This document shows, piece by piece, positions 26,762 through 37,364 of a DNA stretch of 61,925 nt. This DNA is from Acutalibacteraceae bacterium. Its GTDB lineage: Bacteria; Bacillota; Clostridia; Oscillospirales; Acutalibacteraceae. The stretch covers positions 1 through 61,925 of the forward strand of contig JAZUMI010000006.1 in assembly GCA_045603505.1 (NCBI GenBank), given 5' to 3'. How positions within the stretch are numbered: position 1 is the first letter of the stretch; the number at the start of each line of letters is the position of its first letter. The notes beneath the pieces were generated by a model. It searched no databases, was not told the DNA's origin, and saw only the letters and a program-made list of their open reading frames with translations. Both the position numbers and the translations under genes were made by a program.

Positions 26762-27800
26762 AAGGCATCTCCTCCTTTGAAAATTTACTTCTAAGCTGAC
26801 CGCAGGAAGCATCTATATCTGAACCTAAGGTCCTCCTGACTGTAGCATTGAGACCTCGGTCTGTAAGCATTTTTTGGAATTTAAGTATTTTAGTTCTGTT
26901 TGGCTTTTTAAAAGTGTTTTCCTTAACAGGATTAGCAGGAATAAGATTTATATGACACATTATTCCCTTTAATATCTTCACAAGTTCTTTTGCACATGCC
27001 TCACTGTCATTAACACCGTCAATAAGCGCATATTCAAAAGAAATTCTTCTTGTTGTAACACTTTGATATTCTTTACAGGCTGAAATAAGTTCAGCAATTT
27101 GCCATTTTTTATTAACCTTCATCATATCACTTCTTATATCATCAAACGGTGCATGAAGTGAAATTGAAAGTGTTATGGGAAATTTATATTCACAAAGTTT
27201 TCTTATGCCGCTTACCACTCCCGAAGTTGAAAGAGATACATGTCTAAGCCCTATATTCATACCGTTATCATTCGATACGAGTTTTAAAAATTTAACCGAA
27301 TTCTCGAAATTATCAAGTGGCTCTCCCATACCCATCATAACCACGTTAGAAACACGGATGGTGTTATCTCGCTCGGCCGCCATTATCTGTGCAAGCATTT
27401 CGGATGCAGTGAGATTGCGCTTCAAACCATTTATTCCCGAGGCACAGAAACTACAACCCATTCGGCAACCGACCTGAGTAGAAATACACACGGTATATCC
27501 ATGCTCATATTTCATCAGTACAGATTCGATAAGTTCTCCATCAAAAAGGCGGTAAAGATATTTAACTGTGCCATCAATTTTTGATATATATTTCTGCACT
27601 ATTTCAACATCGGCAATATAGCATAATTCTTTAAGTTTGTCCCGAAGGCTCTTTTTGATATCCGACATTTTATCAAAATCGGTTACGCCTGAATGAAGCC
27701 ATTTAAAAATCTGTTTTGCCCTGAATTTCGGCTCACCCAAATCGCCAAGAAATGAGGTAAGTTCATCAATTTCCATAGACTTTATATCTATTTTTTTCAT
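26745..27800 (-). CDS. rlmN: 23S rRNA/tRNA m2A methyltransferase, radical SAM
   Basis: CRMGCSFC radical-SAM cluster and the C-terminal IDASCGQLR motif. Confidence 0.9.
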   Translation of the reverse strand: MKKIDIKSMEIDELTSFLGDLGEPKFRAKQIFKWLHSGVTDFDKMSDIKKSLRDKLKELCYIADVEIVQKYISKIDGTVKYLYRLFDGELIESVLMKYEHGYTVCISTQVGCRMGCSFCASGINGLKRNLTASEMLAQIMAAERDNTIRVSNVVMMGMGEPLDNFENSVKFLKLVSNDNGMNIGLRHVSLSTSGVVSGIRKLCEYKFPITLSISLHAPFDDIRSDMMKVNKKWQIAELISACKEYQSVTTRRISFEYALIDGVNDSEACAKELVKILKGIMCHINLIPANPVKENTFKKPNRTKILKFQKMLTDRGLNATVRRTLGSDIDASCGQLRSKFSKEEMPCADIQ

Positions 27801-27819
27801 TCTCCTTACCTCCTAAAAT

Positions 27820-29085
27820 TTATTTTTTGCACATTAATGCACAGTAAAAACCATCCGTTTTATCAATATGCGGCAAAAATGTGTGTTCATACTCTACTAT
27901 AAAATCGGTATTTTCAGTTAAAAATGCCTTTATGATTTCTTCGTTTTCGCTCTTTCTGAGTGTGCAGGTGGAATAAAGTATTTTTCCACCTTTTTTCACA
28001 TAGGACGATGCATTACGAAGTATTTTAAGTTGAATTTCTTCAAGTGAAGAAAAATCGATTATTTCTTTATATTTTATATCGGGTTTACGGCGAAGTATGC
28101 CAAGTCCCGAACAAGGTACATCGCAAAGCACACTATCAAACTCGCCTAAATCACTCTTTTGTGTTGCATCATTAACCTTTGTTTTCACTATTCCAAGTCC
28201 GAGCATTTTTGCGCCTTTTTCTATTAAAGCCGCTCTATGCTCATAAAGGTCACAAGCAAGTAAACTACCCTTGTTTTGCATAATTTCGGCAAGGGTAAAC
28301 GATTTGCCACCGGGCGCTGCGCATATATCAAGGACTGTGTCGTTTGCTTTTGGTGATAATCTTTTGCAAACTGCAACACAAGCCAAATCTTGCGCGTGGA
28401 AATATCCTTTTTTATAAAGTTCACTTTTGTTTATATCAAAACCGCTTACTTCAACACAATCTTCTTCGTTTGTTTCTTTAACCTCAATACCCTCTTCTTT
28501 GAGCAAATCAGTTAATTGCCTTACCGGTATTTTTAGGGTGTTTACCTTTAATATCATAGGTGCAGGTTTTAAGGTATCCTCTAAAATCGCAATGGTATCC
28601 TCAAGCGAATAGTCGTTAATTAACTGTTTTATAAGCCATTCGGGGCATGAATATCTAACACTTAAATCAGTGATGCTATTGCCATTTGGCAAATCAAAAC
28701 CGTTTCTTATTGCATTTCTAAGAACTGCATTCACAAGACCTGAATTTCGGCTCTCTTTAGACCTTTTCATTAACTTAACCGACTCATCAACAGCCGAAAA
28801 GGTCGGAACACTATCCATATAAATAATTTGATAAAGTCCCGCTCTCAAAACTGCTGCGGTAAAGCTTGATGCTTTATCTATCGGTTTTTTAAGAAGTTTA
28901 TTAAGAAAATAATCTAGTGTTATCTTTCTATCAAGCACTCCATAAAAAACATTAGATGCAAAAGCTTTTTCGTTTCTCTCTAAATCGCTATCCTTGAAAT
29001 AAGAATTAAGGGTAAGATTAGAATATGCTTTATCCGAAAAAACCTTTTCGAGCGCTAAAACAGCCACTTTTCTCGGGTTTGCCAT
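27820..29085 (-). CDS. rsmB: 16S rRNA m5C967 methyltransferase
   Basis: NusB-like N-terminus, DICAAPGGKS SAM motif, TCTLRKSENEE. The ATG at 29085 is preferred over the upstream GTG at 29094. Confidence 0.85.
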   Translation of the reverse strand: MANPRKVAVLALEKVFSDKAYSNLTLNSYFKDSDLERNEKAFASNVFYGVLDRKITLDYFLNKLLKKPIDKASSFTAAVLRAGLYQIIYMDSVPTFSAVDESVKLMKRSKESRNSGLVNAVLRNAIRNGFDLPNGNSITDLSVRYSCPEWLIKQLINDYSLEDTIAILEDTLKPAPMILKVNTLKIPVRQLTDLLKEEGIEVKETNEEDCVEVSGFDINKSELYKKGYFHAQDLACVAVCKRLSPKANDTVLDICAAPGGKSFTLAEIMQNKGSLLACDLYEHRAALIEKGAKMLGLGIVKTKVNDATQKSDLGEFDSVLCDVPCSGLGILRRKPDIKYKEIIDFSSLEEIQLKILRNASSYVKKGGKILYSTCTLRKSENEEIIKAFLTENTDFIVEYEHTFLPHIDKTDGFYCALMCKK

Positions 29086-29086
29086 A

Positions 29087-30016
29087 CTATTCACCGATTA
29101 CCGTGCCAAGCGGCACCTGGTTTCCTTTAAGCATACTTGCGGCACTCATCGGTTTTGCGCCCTCGGGAATTACCGAAACAATTTCAATAGAACTTTCATT
29201 CCCACAAGCGATTACAAGCCTATCAGCGTTTTCAATAACTGTGCCGCACTTCTCTTTTGTGGCACCGCTAACTTTTGTTTTAGTAACCTTTATACGCTTA
29301 CCACCGAGAAAGAAGAAAGCGCAAGGCCATGAATAAAATCCTCTTACAGCATTATATACTTCTTGTGCGCTTTTAGAAAAATCAATAAGCGCCATATCCT
29401 TTTTAATAATGGAAGCATAGGTTGCTTCATTATGATTTTGAGGTATTCTGGTAGCCGTGCCGTTTTCTATTTTTTCTATTACTTGGAGCGTTAAATCCGC
29501 GCTTATAAGTGATAACCGTTCAAAAAGTTCCTCTGCTGTTTCTTCTGCTCCGATTTCGGTTTCTCTTGTTTCTATTATATCGCCTGTGTCTACTCCGCTA
29601 TCCATATACTGAATAGTAACGCCTGTTTTTTGTTCGCCATTAATAATAGCCCACTGAATAGGTGCAGCACCTCGATATTTAGGAAGAAGTGATGCATGAG
29701 CATTAATACAAGAAAATTTTGGAAATTGCAGAACTTCTTCCGGTAATATCTTACCATAAGCCACAACAACTATAAGTTCGGGCTCTAATTCCTTAATTAT
29801 ATTAAACGCAGTACCATCCTTAAAACTTTCAGGTTGGTAAACATTTATTCCCTCTTGCAAAGCCAACTGTTTAACAGGCGGCGGTGTTAGTACCCTTTTT
29901 CTGCCTACAGGTTTATCGGGTTGCGCAAAAACTCCACAAATATCGTGACCCGCCTTGATAAGCCTATCAAGTGTTACTGCGGCATAGTCGGGCGTTCCCA
30001 TAAAAAGTATCTTCAT
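29087..30016 (-). CDS. fmt: Methionyl-tRNA formyltransferase
   Basis: HASLLPKYRGAAPIQWAI motif; adjacent to def. Confidence 0.95.
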   Translation of the reverse strand: MKILFMGTPDYAAVTLDRLIKAGHDICGVFAQPDKPVGRKRVLTPPPVKQLALQEGINVYQPESFKDGTAFNIIKELEPELIVVVAYGKILPEEVLQFPKFSCINAHASLLPKYRGAAPIQWAIINGEQKTGVTIQYMDSGVDTGDIIETRETEIGAEETAEELFERLSLISADLTLQVIEKIENGTATRIPQNHNEATYASIIKKDMALIDFSKSAQEVYNAVRGFYSWPCAFFFLGGKRIKVTKTKVSGATKEKCGTVIENADRLVIACGNESSIEIVSVIPEGAKPMSAASMLKGNQVPLGTVIGE

Positions 30017-30020
30017 TGCA

Positions 30021-30464
30021 CTATTCCTTAATAACTTTATCTATATACAAAATTCCGTCAAGATGGTCAATCTCATGGCAAAACGCCTTTGCCTTAAATC
30101 CCTCTGCCGTAATTCTGATATTGTTACCGTTTCTATCTTGCGCATGAACTGTAACAGCATAGGGACGTTTTACCTTGCCAAACTCTCCCGGTACAGAAAG
30201 ACAACCTTCATCGCCGATTTGTTCTCCCTCGCTCTTTTCAATAACGGGGTTTATGAGTTCAATAAGTCCGTCTCCGACATCCACAACACAAAATCTTCTT
30301 AAAATTCCAACCTGAGGAGCTGCAAGGCCTACTCCCTCTGCAGCATACATGGTTTCTGCCATATCATCAAGAATTGTGTGTAATTTTTCATCAAAGGTAA
30401 GTTGTGTTCTGCATTTTTTTCGCAAAACATCATCACCGATTTTTACAATATTTCTTAAAGCCAT
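30021..30464 (-). CDS. def: Peptide deformylase
   Basis: GVGLAAPQVG, EGCLS and HEIDHLDG motifs. Confidence 0.95.
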   Translation of the reverse strand: MALRNIVKIGDDVLRKKCRTQLTFDEKLHTILDDMAETMYAAEGVGLAAPQVGILRRFCVVDVGDGLIELINPVIEKSEGEQIGDEGCLSVPGEFGKVKRPYAVTVHAQDRNGNNIRITAEGFKAKAFCHEIDHLDGILYIDKVIKE

Positions 30465-30476
30465 ACTATACTCCTG

Positions 30477-32900
30477 TTAAATCGTTGTTTCGGGATTTAT
30501 ATCAACTGAAACTGATGTATCCTTATAAGTTTTAACCGCCATCGCAATACGTAGCATTTGGCGAAATCTACTGTTATTTTTACATTTTATTATCAAACGG
30601 TATCTGTACTTATTGTAAATTTTTGGAATTGCCGCAGGTGAAGGACCGAGAATTATAGTTTTAACATCACTGTACTCGGTAGAAATAAGCTCCTTAATTT
30701 TAGCAAAGATATCTGTTATACCTTTTTTTACACAGTCTCTGTCATTACCCTGAACAACAACGGTACAGATATCACAGTAAGGTGGAAAGGTTGTTACCTT
30801 TCTTATTCCTATCTCTTCATTATAGAAGGCATCATAATCTTGTGCGCTTGCAAGTTCTATTATATTAGAATCCGGGTCAAGCGTCTGGATAATCGCTTTG
30901 CCACCTGTTGAGCCTCTTCCCGCTCTTCCCACAACCTGTGTGAGAAGTGAAAATGTACGCTCAAAACTTCGGTAATCTTCGCTATACATTCCCTTTTCGG
31001 CACCTAAAACACCAACTAAAGCAACGTTAGGAAAATCGAGACCTTTTGCAACCATTTGGGTGCCGAGCATTATATCGTATTTACCCTTTGCAAAATCGCT
31101 TAAATACTCTGAATATGAATCTCTTGACATAGTACTATCGGCATCCATGCGAAGTATTTTAGCATCGGGGAATAAAAGTGAAAGTTCTTCTTCAATCTTT
31201 TGTGTACCCATACCGGAAAAATGCATATGCTCACAACCGCACTGTTCACACTTGTTTTCCACAGGTTTTGAGTATCCGCAATAATGACACATAAGCCGTT
31301 TATTAGCCGAGTGATAGGTAAGCGAAACACTGCAATTGGGACATGCCTCAACATATCCACAACCACCACAAGAAACATAGGTATTATGACCTCGGCGGTT
31401 TAGCAGAACTATCGCCTGTTTTCCATCCTTTAGAACTTCTTCTATAGCATCGCAAAGCGCGTTGCTTATTGAACTTTTGTTTCCGCTATTCGCCTCATTT
31501 CGCATATCAACCGAAACAACCTCCGGCAATACAGCATCTCCATAACGGTTTTTAAGGGTGAATAGCGAATATTTACCCGATTTTGCCGCTGTATAACTTT
31601 CAAGGGACGGTGTTGCAGAAGCAAGACAAAGGAGTGCGCCGTTATACTGCGCTCTGAACTTTGCAATCTGCCGAGCGTGGAATTTAGGCGATTTTTCAGA
31701 TTTATAGGTGTGCTCATGTTCTTCATCCATAATGATAAGGCCAAGATTGTTAAATGGAGCAAAAACTGCACTTCTTGTACCTATGGCAATCTGTGCTTTA
31801 CCGTTTTTTATACGTTTCCATTCATCCATACGTTGTCCGTTTGACATTGCCGAATGGAAAACAGCAATTTTATCTCCGTAACGGCTACTGAAAATATTTA
31901 TTGTTTGCGGCGTTAGGGCGATTTCAGGCACCATAATTATAACACCTTTTCCCTTTGCACAAGCCTCATCAACAAGTTTTAAGAAGACCTGAGTTTTACC
32001 CGAACCCGTTATTCCATAAAGCAAGGATACGGCACCTTTACCGCAGTTTAAAAGTTCTTTTAAGCCTAAAAACGCGGTGTTTTGCTCTTGCGTTAAGGTT
32101 ATCTCCTCTTTTATGACAGGTTTTACATTTCTGTATGCCGTTCTGAAAATTTCTTTCTCAAAAGCCACAACCAAACCCTTATCAATAAGGGCGTTCACAA
32201 CCGAAACAGTTGCTCCTGTAAAATAACAAAGTTCTTTAAGACTAACTGCGCCTGCATCGAAAAGGCAATCTAGCACTTCCCTTTGCCTTGGAGTTAATTT
32301 TACTTCGAGTGTTTCTTCATAATTCTTTGTAGGACGAAGCCATTTTTCAGTAGCATCATTCATTCTGCGAATGGGAGTACAGTTTTTTAAAACTGCCTCT
32401 TTTTCGGCAAGTGCATTTATACACTCATACGATAAAGCAAAATCACGTTTAATTTTATCAAATGCAACTTCGCCTTTTTGCCTTATATAATCTAAAAGAC
32501 ATTTTTCATCGTAACTTAACAGGCCCTCTGCCGCAAACTGCGGATTATAGGAATAATAATCTGTTAATTTATAATTAATCCCTGATGGAAGCATTGAACG
32601 CACAGCATCATACACCGTGCAAAATGTGGTTTCGCTCATAAATTCGGCTAACTTAATCATTTCAGGGGTTAGTATCGGTTCTTTATCAATAACCGATATA
32701 ATCTCTTTGAGATTTTCACTCTCTCCGCCCACGACCGAAACAATAAGACCCTGTTTTTTAACATTTGCTTTTCCAAAAGGAACTAAAACACGAGAGCCTA
32801 CACAGGTTTCATCAAACCCGAAAGGCAGACTATATGAATATTTTTTATCATAAGCAAGTGTTGCGCCTTCAAGCACAACCTCGGCAATAAATCCCATCAT
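30477..32900 (-). CDS. priA: Primosomal protein N' (replication restart helicase)
   Basis: Walker A GITGSGKT, DEEH box, and the Cys-rich zinc insertion CGGCGYVEACPNCSVSLTYH...CHYCG. Confidence 0.95.
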   Translation of the reverse strand: MMGFIAEVVLEGATLAYDKKYSYSLPFGFDETCVGSRVLVPFGKANVKKQGLIVSVVGGESENLKEIISVIDKEPILTPEMIKLAEFMSETTFCTVYDAVRSMLPSGINYKLTDYYSYNPQFAAEGLLSYDEKCLLDYIRQKGEVAFDKIKRDFALSYECINALAEKEAVLKNCTPIRRMNDATEKWLRPTKNYEETLEVKLTPRQREVLDCLFDAGAVSLKELCYFTGATVSVVNALIDKGLVVAFEKEIFRTAYRNVKPVIKEEITLTQEQNTAFLGLKELLNCGKGAVSLLYGITGSGKTQVFLKLVDEACAKGKGVIIMVPEIALTPQTINIFSSRYGDKIAVFHSAMSNGQRMDEWKRIKNGKAQIAIGTRSAVFAPFNNLGLIIMDEEHEHTYKSEKSPKFHARQIAKFRAQYNGALLCLASATPSLESYTAAKSGKYSLFTLKNRYGDAVLPEVVSVDMRNEANSGNKSSISNALCDAIEEVLKDGKQAIVLLNRRGHNTYVSCGGCGYVEACPNCSVSLTYHSANKRLMCHYCGYSKPVENKCEQCGCEHMHFSGMGTQKIEEELSLLFPDAKILRMDADSTMSRDSYSEYLSDFAKGKYDIMLGTQMVAKGLDFPNVALVGVLGAEKGMYSEDYRSFERTFSLLTQVVGRAGRGSTGGKAIIQTLDPDSNIIELASAQDYDAFYNEEIGIRKVTTFPPYCDICTVVVQGNDRDCVKKGITDIFAKIKELISTEYSDVKTIILGPSPAAIPKIYNKYRYRLIIKCKNNSRFRQMLRIAMAVKTYKDTSVSVDINPETTI

Positions 32901-32935
32901 ACAGCCCCCTTTTTTAGTATTAGAAACTCTTTTGA

Positions 32936-33118
32936 TTACTTCTCTTCAATTTCACAAGCAAGTGTATCGATTGCTATACTTACAGGTTTTTCGATAAGGA
33001 TATCCCCTGCATCTTCTGCCTTTTTAGCAACCTTTCTTGCATTATAAGCAACATCTGTTACCAAACGGTAACGGTTATCGTAATTTTCGATTAATTTTCC
33101 AATGTTAGGATTTAGCAT
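32936..33118 (-). CDS. rpoZ: DNA-directed RNA polymerase subunit omega
   Basis: 60 aa, NRYRLVTDVAYNARKV motif, located downstream of gmk. Confidence 0.8.
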   Translation of the reverse strand: MLNPNIGKLIENYDNRYRLVTDVAYNARKVAKKAEDAGDILIEKPVSIAIDTLACEIEEK

Positions 33119-33719
33119 TTTTTAGCACCTCTAAAATAATATGTTTTTTATTTTTCAATTTTGAGCGCTCACTCAAAATAATTGAAATCGCATCATTTAC
33201 CGCCACGTCAAGTTTATCATTGACAAGAATATAATCATATTCCTCGGCTCTTTTAATCTCGTTAATTGCCTCACTCATGCGTTTGGCAATAACCTCTTCC
33301 TTTTCTGTTCCTCTGCCACGAAGTCTTCGTTCGAGCTCCTCATAAGAGGGCGGCATAACGAAAATACTAACGGCATCACTTAATTTTTCTTTTATCTGAC
33401 TAGCACCGTTTACATCAACCTCGATTATGGCATCTCTGCCCTCACTCGTTGCTTTTTCAACTGGTTTTCTCGGTGTTCCGTAATAGTTACCGATATACTC
33501 GTTATACTCAAGAAGTTCATCATTAAAAAGCATTTTTGAAAATGCTTCTTTGGATATAAAGTTGTATTTTTCGCCCTCTCGCTCATTCTCTCTCATAGGA
33601 CGTGTGATTGAGGAAATTGAGAAAAACACATCAGGCAATTTTTTAAAGATTTCGGCAAGAATTGTATCCTTGCCCGAGCCAGAAGGACCCGAAATTATAA
33701 ATACGTTACCCTTATTCAT
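33105..33719 (-). CDS. gmk: Guanylate kinase
   Basis: [12 protein letters not shown]-loop. The ATG at 33719 overlaps the remA stop (ATGAATAA). Confidence 0.9.
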   Translation of the reverse strand: MNKGNVFIISGPSGSGKDTILAEIFKKLPDVFFSISSITRPMRENEREGEKYNFISKEAFSKMLFNDELLEYNEYIGNYYGTPRKPVEKATSEGRDAIIEVDVNGASQIKEKLSDAVSIFVMPPSYEELERRLRGRGTEKEEVIAKRMSEAINEIKRAEEYDYILVNDKLDVAVNDAISIILSERSKLKNKKHIILEVLKNAKS

Positions 33720-33984
33720 TCTCTTCCTCCTCATCGGCAATCTCTATATTTTCTTCACTTATTCTATTTGCAACAGTTTCAGATTGCAGATAGGTAAGAA
33801 TTACATGGTCACTATCCGTTATAATAACCGCTCTCGTTCTTCTGCCATGCGTAGCATCAATAAGTGTGCCTTTTTCCTTGGCAACCTGAATAATTCTCTT
33901 AATAGGCGCAGACTCAGGACTGACAATAGCTATCATTCTGTTTGCCGAAACCATGTTTCCAAAACCGATATTAACTAATTTCAT
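33712..33984 (-). CDS. remA: RemA/YlzA (DUF370) extracellular-matrix regulator homologue
   Basis: [59 protein letters not shown] matches the RemA family. Located between the yicC-family gene and gmk, as in Bacillus. Confidence 0.85.
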   Translation of the reverse strand: MKLVNIGFGNMVSANRMIAIVSPESAPIKRIIQVAKEKGTLIDATHGRRTRAVIITDSDHVILTYLQSETVANRISEENIEIADEEEENE

Positions 33985-33993
33985 TGCTCTCAC

Positions 33994-34872
33994 CTATTCG
34001 ATATTCTGGATTTGTTCTCTAATCTTTTCAATTTCAGACTTGATATCAACAACAGTATGTGCAATATCAATATCCTGTGCTTTAGAACCTATGGTATTTG
34101 CCTCGCGGTTCATTTCCTGAACAAGAAAATCAAGTTTTCTACCTATCGCATCGCCACTCTCAAGCATCTCGCGAAGTTGCTCTATATGACTGCGAAGCCT
34201 AACCGTTTCTTCGGCTACGGCAACCTTGTCTGCAAAAATTGCCGTTTCAGTTAAAAGTCGTTGCTCATCAACAGTTGTATCTCCGAGCAGTTCTTTCACT
34301 TTTTGTTCTATGCGCAATCTGTACTCTTTAACGGTTTCAGGCGAACGCTGTTCAATAAACGCAACCTTTTCAAGTATAAGTTCTGCGCGGGAAAGAACAT
34401 CCTTTGTAAGACGCTCACCCTCGGCAGTTCGCATAGCAATGAAATTTTCAATCGCTTTATTTGCAACCTGTGTCACAGAAGAAACTATAAGTTCATCCGA
34501 GATTGACTGCTGTTTTATTTTAAAAACATCAGGCGCCCTGACAATATCAGAAACCTTAATATCGTTTTTAAGTTTATATTCCTTTGCAAGTTTTTTTACT
34601 GCGGCAAGATATGCGGTTGTATATTGGCGGTTTATAGCAATTTCAGTACCTGTTTCGCTATTATCCTCGATAAGAACTGAAACCTCAACTTTTCCTCTTT
34701 GCATATTCTCTCTGCAAAGTTTATTTAGTTTTTCATCAAGGAACATATAGGCTCTAGGCACACGTGATGAAAATTCAAAATATCTGTGGTTAACAGATTT
34801 TATTTCAACCGTAATGTTAAGGTCTGATATTGTATCCTTTGCTCTTCCGAAGCCTGTCATACTCTTTATCAT
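33994..34872 (-). CDS. YicC/YloC-family stress-induced protein
   Basis: N-terminal MIKSMTGFGRA and a C-terminal DUF1732-like helix. Synteny supports the call. Confidence 0.85.
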   Translation of the reverse strand: MIKSMTGFGRAKDTISDLNITVEIKSVNHRYFEFSSRVPRAYMFLDEKLNKLCRENMQRGKVEVSVLIEDNSETGTEIAINRQYTTAYLAAVKKLAKEYKLKNDIKVSDIVRAPDVFKIKQQSISDELIVSSVTQVANKAIENFIAMRTAEGERLTKDVLSRAELILEKVAFIEQRSPETVKEYRLRIEQKVKELLGDTTVDEQRLLTETAIFADKVAVAEETVRLRSHIEQLREMLESGDAIGRKLDFLVQEMNREANTIGSKAQDIDIAHTVVDIKSEIEKIREQIQNIE

Positions 34873-35022
34873 TTAACTTCACTTACCTTTGGCATAGTAC
34901 TCCATAGTACTACATAATATTAATTCATATTATTTTATCAAAAAAGCACCCCTTATGTCAATATTTTTGCGGTATTTGTAACCTTTTTTTAATAATTTAT
35001 TATTATATTATTTATATAATGG

Positions 35023-35060
35023 CAAAAAAGACGGGTAAACTCACTTGAGTTTACCCGTCT
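35023..35060 (-). terminator. Rho-independent terminator after the 71-aa gene
   Basis: 15-bp stem AGACGGGTAAACTCA/TGAGTTTACCCGTCT followed by a T-run on the minus strand. Confidence 0.85.
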
Positions 35061-35071
35061 ACTAATGAAAA

Positions 35072-35287
35072 TTACTGTCTGCAACGGCGGAAGAACAGCA
35101 ACAATACAAGCACAAATAAAAGTATTATTGCGAATATTACCACGGCAGCGAGTTCAGTAATAATTGTTTCGGCTATCAAAGCACCAACTATTGCACCTAC
35201 AACAAACAAAAGTGCCGCAAATACAAGCCATATTATCTTCGTGATGCAAGAAAAATTTCTGCATCCGCACTCGTTATCATTATACAT
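35072..35287 (-). CDS. Hypothetical 71-aa small membrane protein with Cys-containing termini
   Basis: MYNDNECGCRNFSC, then two hydrophobic helices, then FFRRCRQ. A stand-alone unit bracketed by two terminators. No recognised family. Confidence 0.45.
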   Translation of the reverse strand: MYNDNECGCRNFSCITKIIWLVFAALLFVVGAIVGALIAETIITELAAVVIFAIILLFVLVLLLFFRRCRQ

Positions 35288-35303
35288 AAATTCACACCTT
35301 TAT

Positions 35304-35338
35304 ACAAAAATAAAAGCCGGGCTTTAAGCTCGGCTTTT
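35304..35338 (-). terminator. Rho-independent terminator after the aminopeptidase gene
   Basis: 10-bp stem (one G-U pair) AAAGCCGGGC/GCTCGGCTTT with TTTTATTTTT on the minus strand. Confidence 0.7.
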
Positions 35339-35389
35339 TGCATTGAACACCAAGGCTCAATACATTATATTCGTTCTAACACGTTTTGT

Positions 35390-36778
35390 TTATTTCATAA
35401 ATTCATACATCGCGCGATAGCACATATAAACATCAAATTTTGCAGTAGTTTCAAAAGGCGAATGCATCGATAATACCGGAACGCCAAGGTCTACAACATC
35501 AACGCCCATATTAGCGATATACATCGCAACAGTTCCGCCACCGCCGATATCAACCTTACCAAGTTCGCCTGTTTGCCAAACGATACCTGCATTATCAAGC
35601 ATATTGCGAACATAGGCCACATACTCTGCAGATGCATCTGATGTTCCCGCTTTACCGCGGGAGCCTGTGAATTTTGTAACTACAACACCGTAATTGAGCA
35701 TTGAAGCATTCTTTCTCTCCATAACATCCTGGAATGTCGGGTCAATACCTGCATTAACATCGGCAGAAAGGCACTTTGAGTTACGAAGAGCAACCGTACC
35801 ATCCCCGCCCTGCATATTTGCCAAATCGGTTACAACATAACGAAGGAAATCAGAATTAAGACCTGTGTTTCCATCCGAGCCGATTTCCTCTTTATCAGTA
35901 AGAATTGCAATAGCAGTTTTCTTAGGTTTCTCAACCTCTAAAATAGCGGTTAAGGCAGGATATGCACAAACCCTGTCATCCTGGCCATAAGAGCCGATAA
36001 GTGACCTATCAAACCCGATATCACTTGATTTATGAGCAGGAACAAGCTCAAGCTCTGCAGACAAGAAATCTTCCTCAGTAATACCGTATTTTTCGTTAAG
36101 AAGTTTAAGAACATTAAGTTTTACTAGTTCACTTCCTTCGTCATCCTTAAAAGGATGGCTTCCAACAAGAACATTTAGTTCTTCGCCCTTTATACCCTCG
36201 GCTAATGTACGTTTGTTCTGTTCTGCAGCAAGATGGGGCAAAAGGTCATTAACAACGAATTTGGGTTCATCATCTTTTTCGCCCAATGAAACCTCAACTA
36301 CACTTCCATCCTTTAATGCGAAAACGCCATGAAGTGCAAGTGGAACTGCGGTCCACTGATATTTTCTTATACCGCCGTAATAATGCGTTTTAAATAGAGC
36401 AAGTTCAATTTCTTCATATAGCGGATTTTGTTTTAAATCAAGACGTGGCGAATCAATATGAGCCGCAGTAATATTTACGCCGTTTTCCACCTTTTCTTCA
36501 CCGATTACAATAAACGCAACAGTCTTTCCCCTATTATTAACGAAAAGTTTATCGCCTGCATTATATTTTTCGCCTATTTTAAACTCTTTAAAGCCCTTTG
36601 CCTTTGCCATATTAAGAGCATTTTTAGCCGCCTCACGCTCGGTTTTTGAAGCATCAAGATATGCTTTGTAGCCTTCACAATATTCCTGTGCTTCTGCAAG
36701 AACACTATCATCTACAATTTTTCTACCGTTCTTTTTATTGTAGAAAAGCTGTTCCTTTAAGTTTTTAATATCACTCAT
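35390..36778 (-). CDS. M18-family aminopeptidase
   Basis: AAHIDSPRLDLK motif, ~460 aa. The ATG at 36778 has GGAGGG upstream. Confidence 0.8.
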   Translation of the reverse strand: MSDIKNLKEQLFYNKKNGRKIVDDSVLAEAQEYCEGYKAYLDASKTEREAAKNALNMAKAKGFKEFKIGEKYNAGDKLFVNNRGKTVAFIVIGEEKVENGVNITAAHIDSPRLDLKQNPLYEEIELALFKTHYYGGIRKYQWTAVPLALHGVFALKDGSVVEVSLGEKDDEPKFVVNDLLPHLAAEQNKRTLAEGIKGEELNVLVGSHPFKDDEGSELVKLNVLKLLNEKYGITEEDFLSAELELVPAHKSSDIGFDRSLIGSYGQDDRVCAYPALTAILEVEKPKKTAIAILTDKEEIGSDGNTGLNSDFLRYVVTDLANMQGGDGTVALRNSKCLSADVNAGIDPTFQDVMERKNASMLNYGVVVTKFTGSRGKAGTSDASAEYVAYVRNMLDNAGIVWQTGELGKVDIGGGGTVAMYIANMGVDVVDLGVPVLSMHSPFETTAKFDVYMCYRAMYEFMK

Positions 36779-36830
36779 TGATATTCCCTCCAAATATCTC
36801 ATTAAGCAAGGCTTTACCCTCACTCAAAAA

Positions 36831-37364
36831 TTATTCTTTCTTCTCATTATTATAAATCACAAAGTCTGCATTATTTATAAAAAATTCATCATTCTTACCC
36901 GCGTTTATCCTAAGAAGTGCATCATCGCGAGAGATTCTATCCCTTTCGGTTATTCTTTTTATACGAATATCCCTATCACTTAAAACCGCAATGGTTTTAT
37001 AGCAAATTTCATTCATTCCACTCTCAAAAAGCGTTGGTGCATCAAGTAAAACCTTATCTTTTTTTATGTCGGATAATATTAAATCACTTATAAAAGGTAG
37101 TAGAGTTTTGTTAAGGAGTTCGGTGTTTTCTTTGGTAGAAAATGCCTTTTTTGCAAGGGTTTTACGGCAAAGTGAACCGTCTTCAAGCAATATCTCTTTT
37201 CCAAAAACATTTACAAGAGCACAAAGTCCCTCACTTGCCTTTTCTGTTGCTTTTCTTGCATAAAGGTCACAGTTAATAACCTCTACACCCATTTCGTGTG
37301 CGAGTTCGCTTAAACTTGTTTTTCCGGAACCCGTAGGGCCTGTAAGACCGGCTATTATTCTCAT
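36831..37364 (-). CDS. coaE: Dephospho-CoA kinase
   Basis: GLTGPTGSGKTS P-loop and VINCDLYARK. Confidence 0.85.
   Translation of the reverse strand: MRIIAGLTGPTGSGKTSLSELAHEMGVEVINCDLYARKATEKASEGLCALVNVFGKEILLEDGSLCRKTLAKKAFSTKENTELLNKTLLPFISDLILSDIKKDKVLLDAPTLFESGMNEICYKTIAVLSDRDIRIKRITERDRISRDDALLRINAGKNDEFFINNADFVIYNNEKKE

Noticed and set aside
33550-33978. 142-aa plus-strand ORF
   Set aside because: It is antisense across gmk and remA, both of which are strongly supported by motifs and synteny.
34226-34750. 174-aa (and nested 81-aa) plus-strand ORFs rich in Ser/Phe/Cys
   Set aside because: They lie entirely antisense within the well-supported YicC-family gene. This is typical shadow-ORF composition with no start context.
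34895-34912. Perfect 7-bp inverted repeat TAGTACT-CCAT-AGTACTA in the 5' leader of the yicC-remA-gmk operon
   Set aside because: It is short and AT-rich and could arise by chance. No partner motif occurs elsewhere in the window. Noted only as a possible small leader hairpin or operator.
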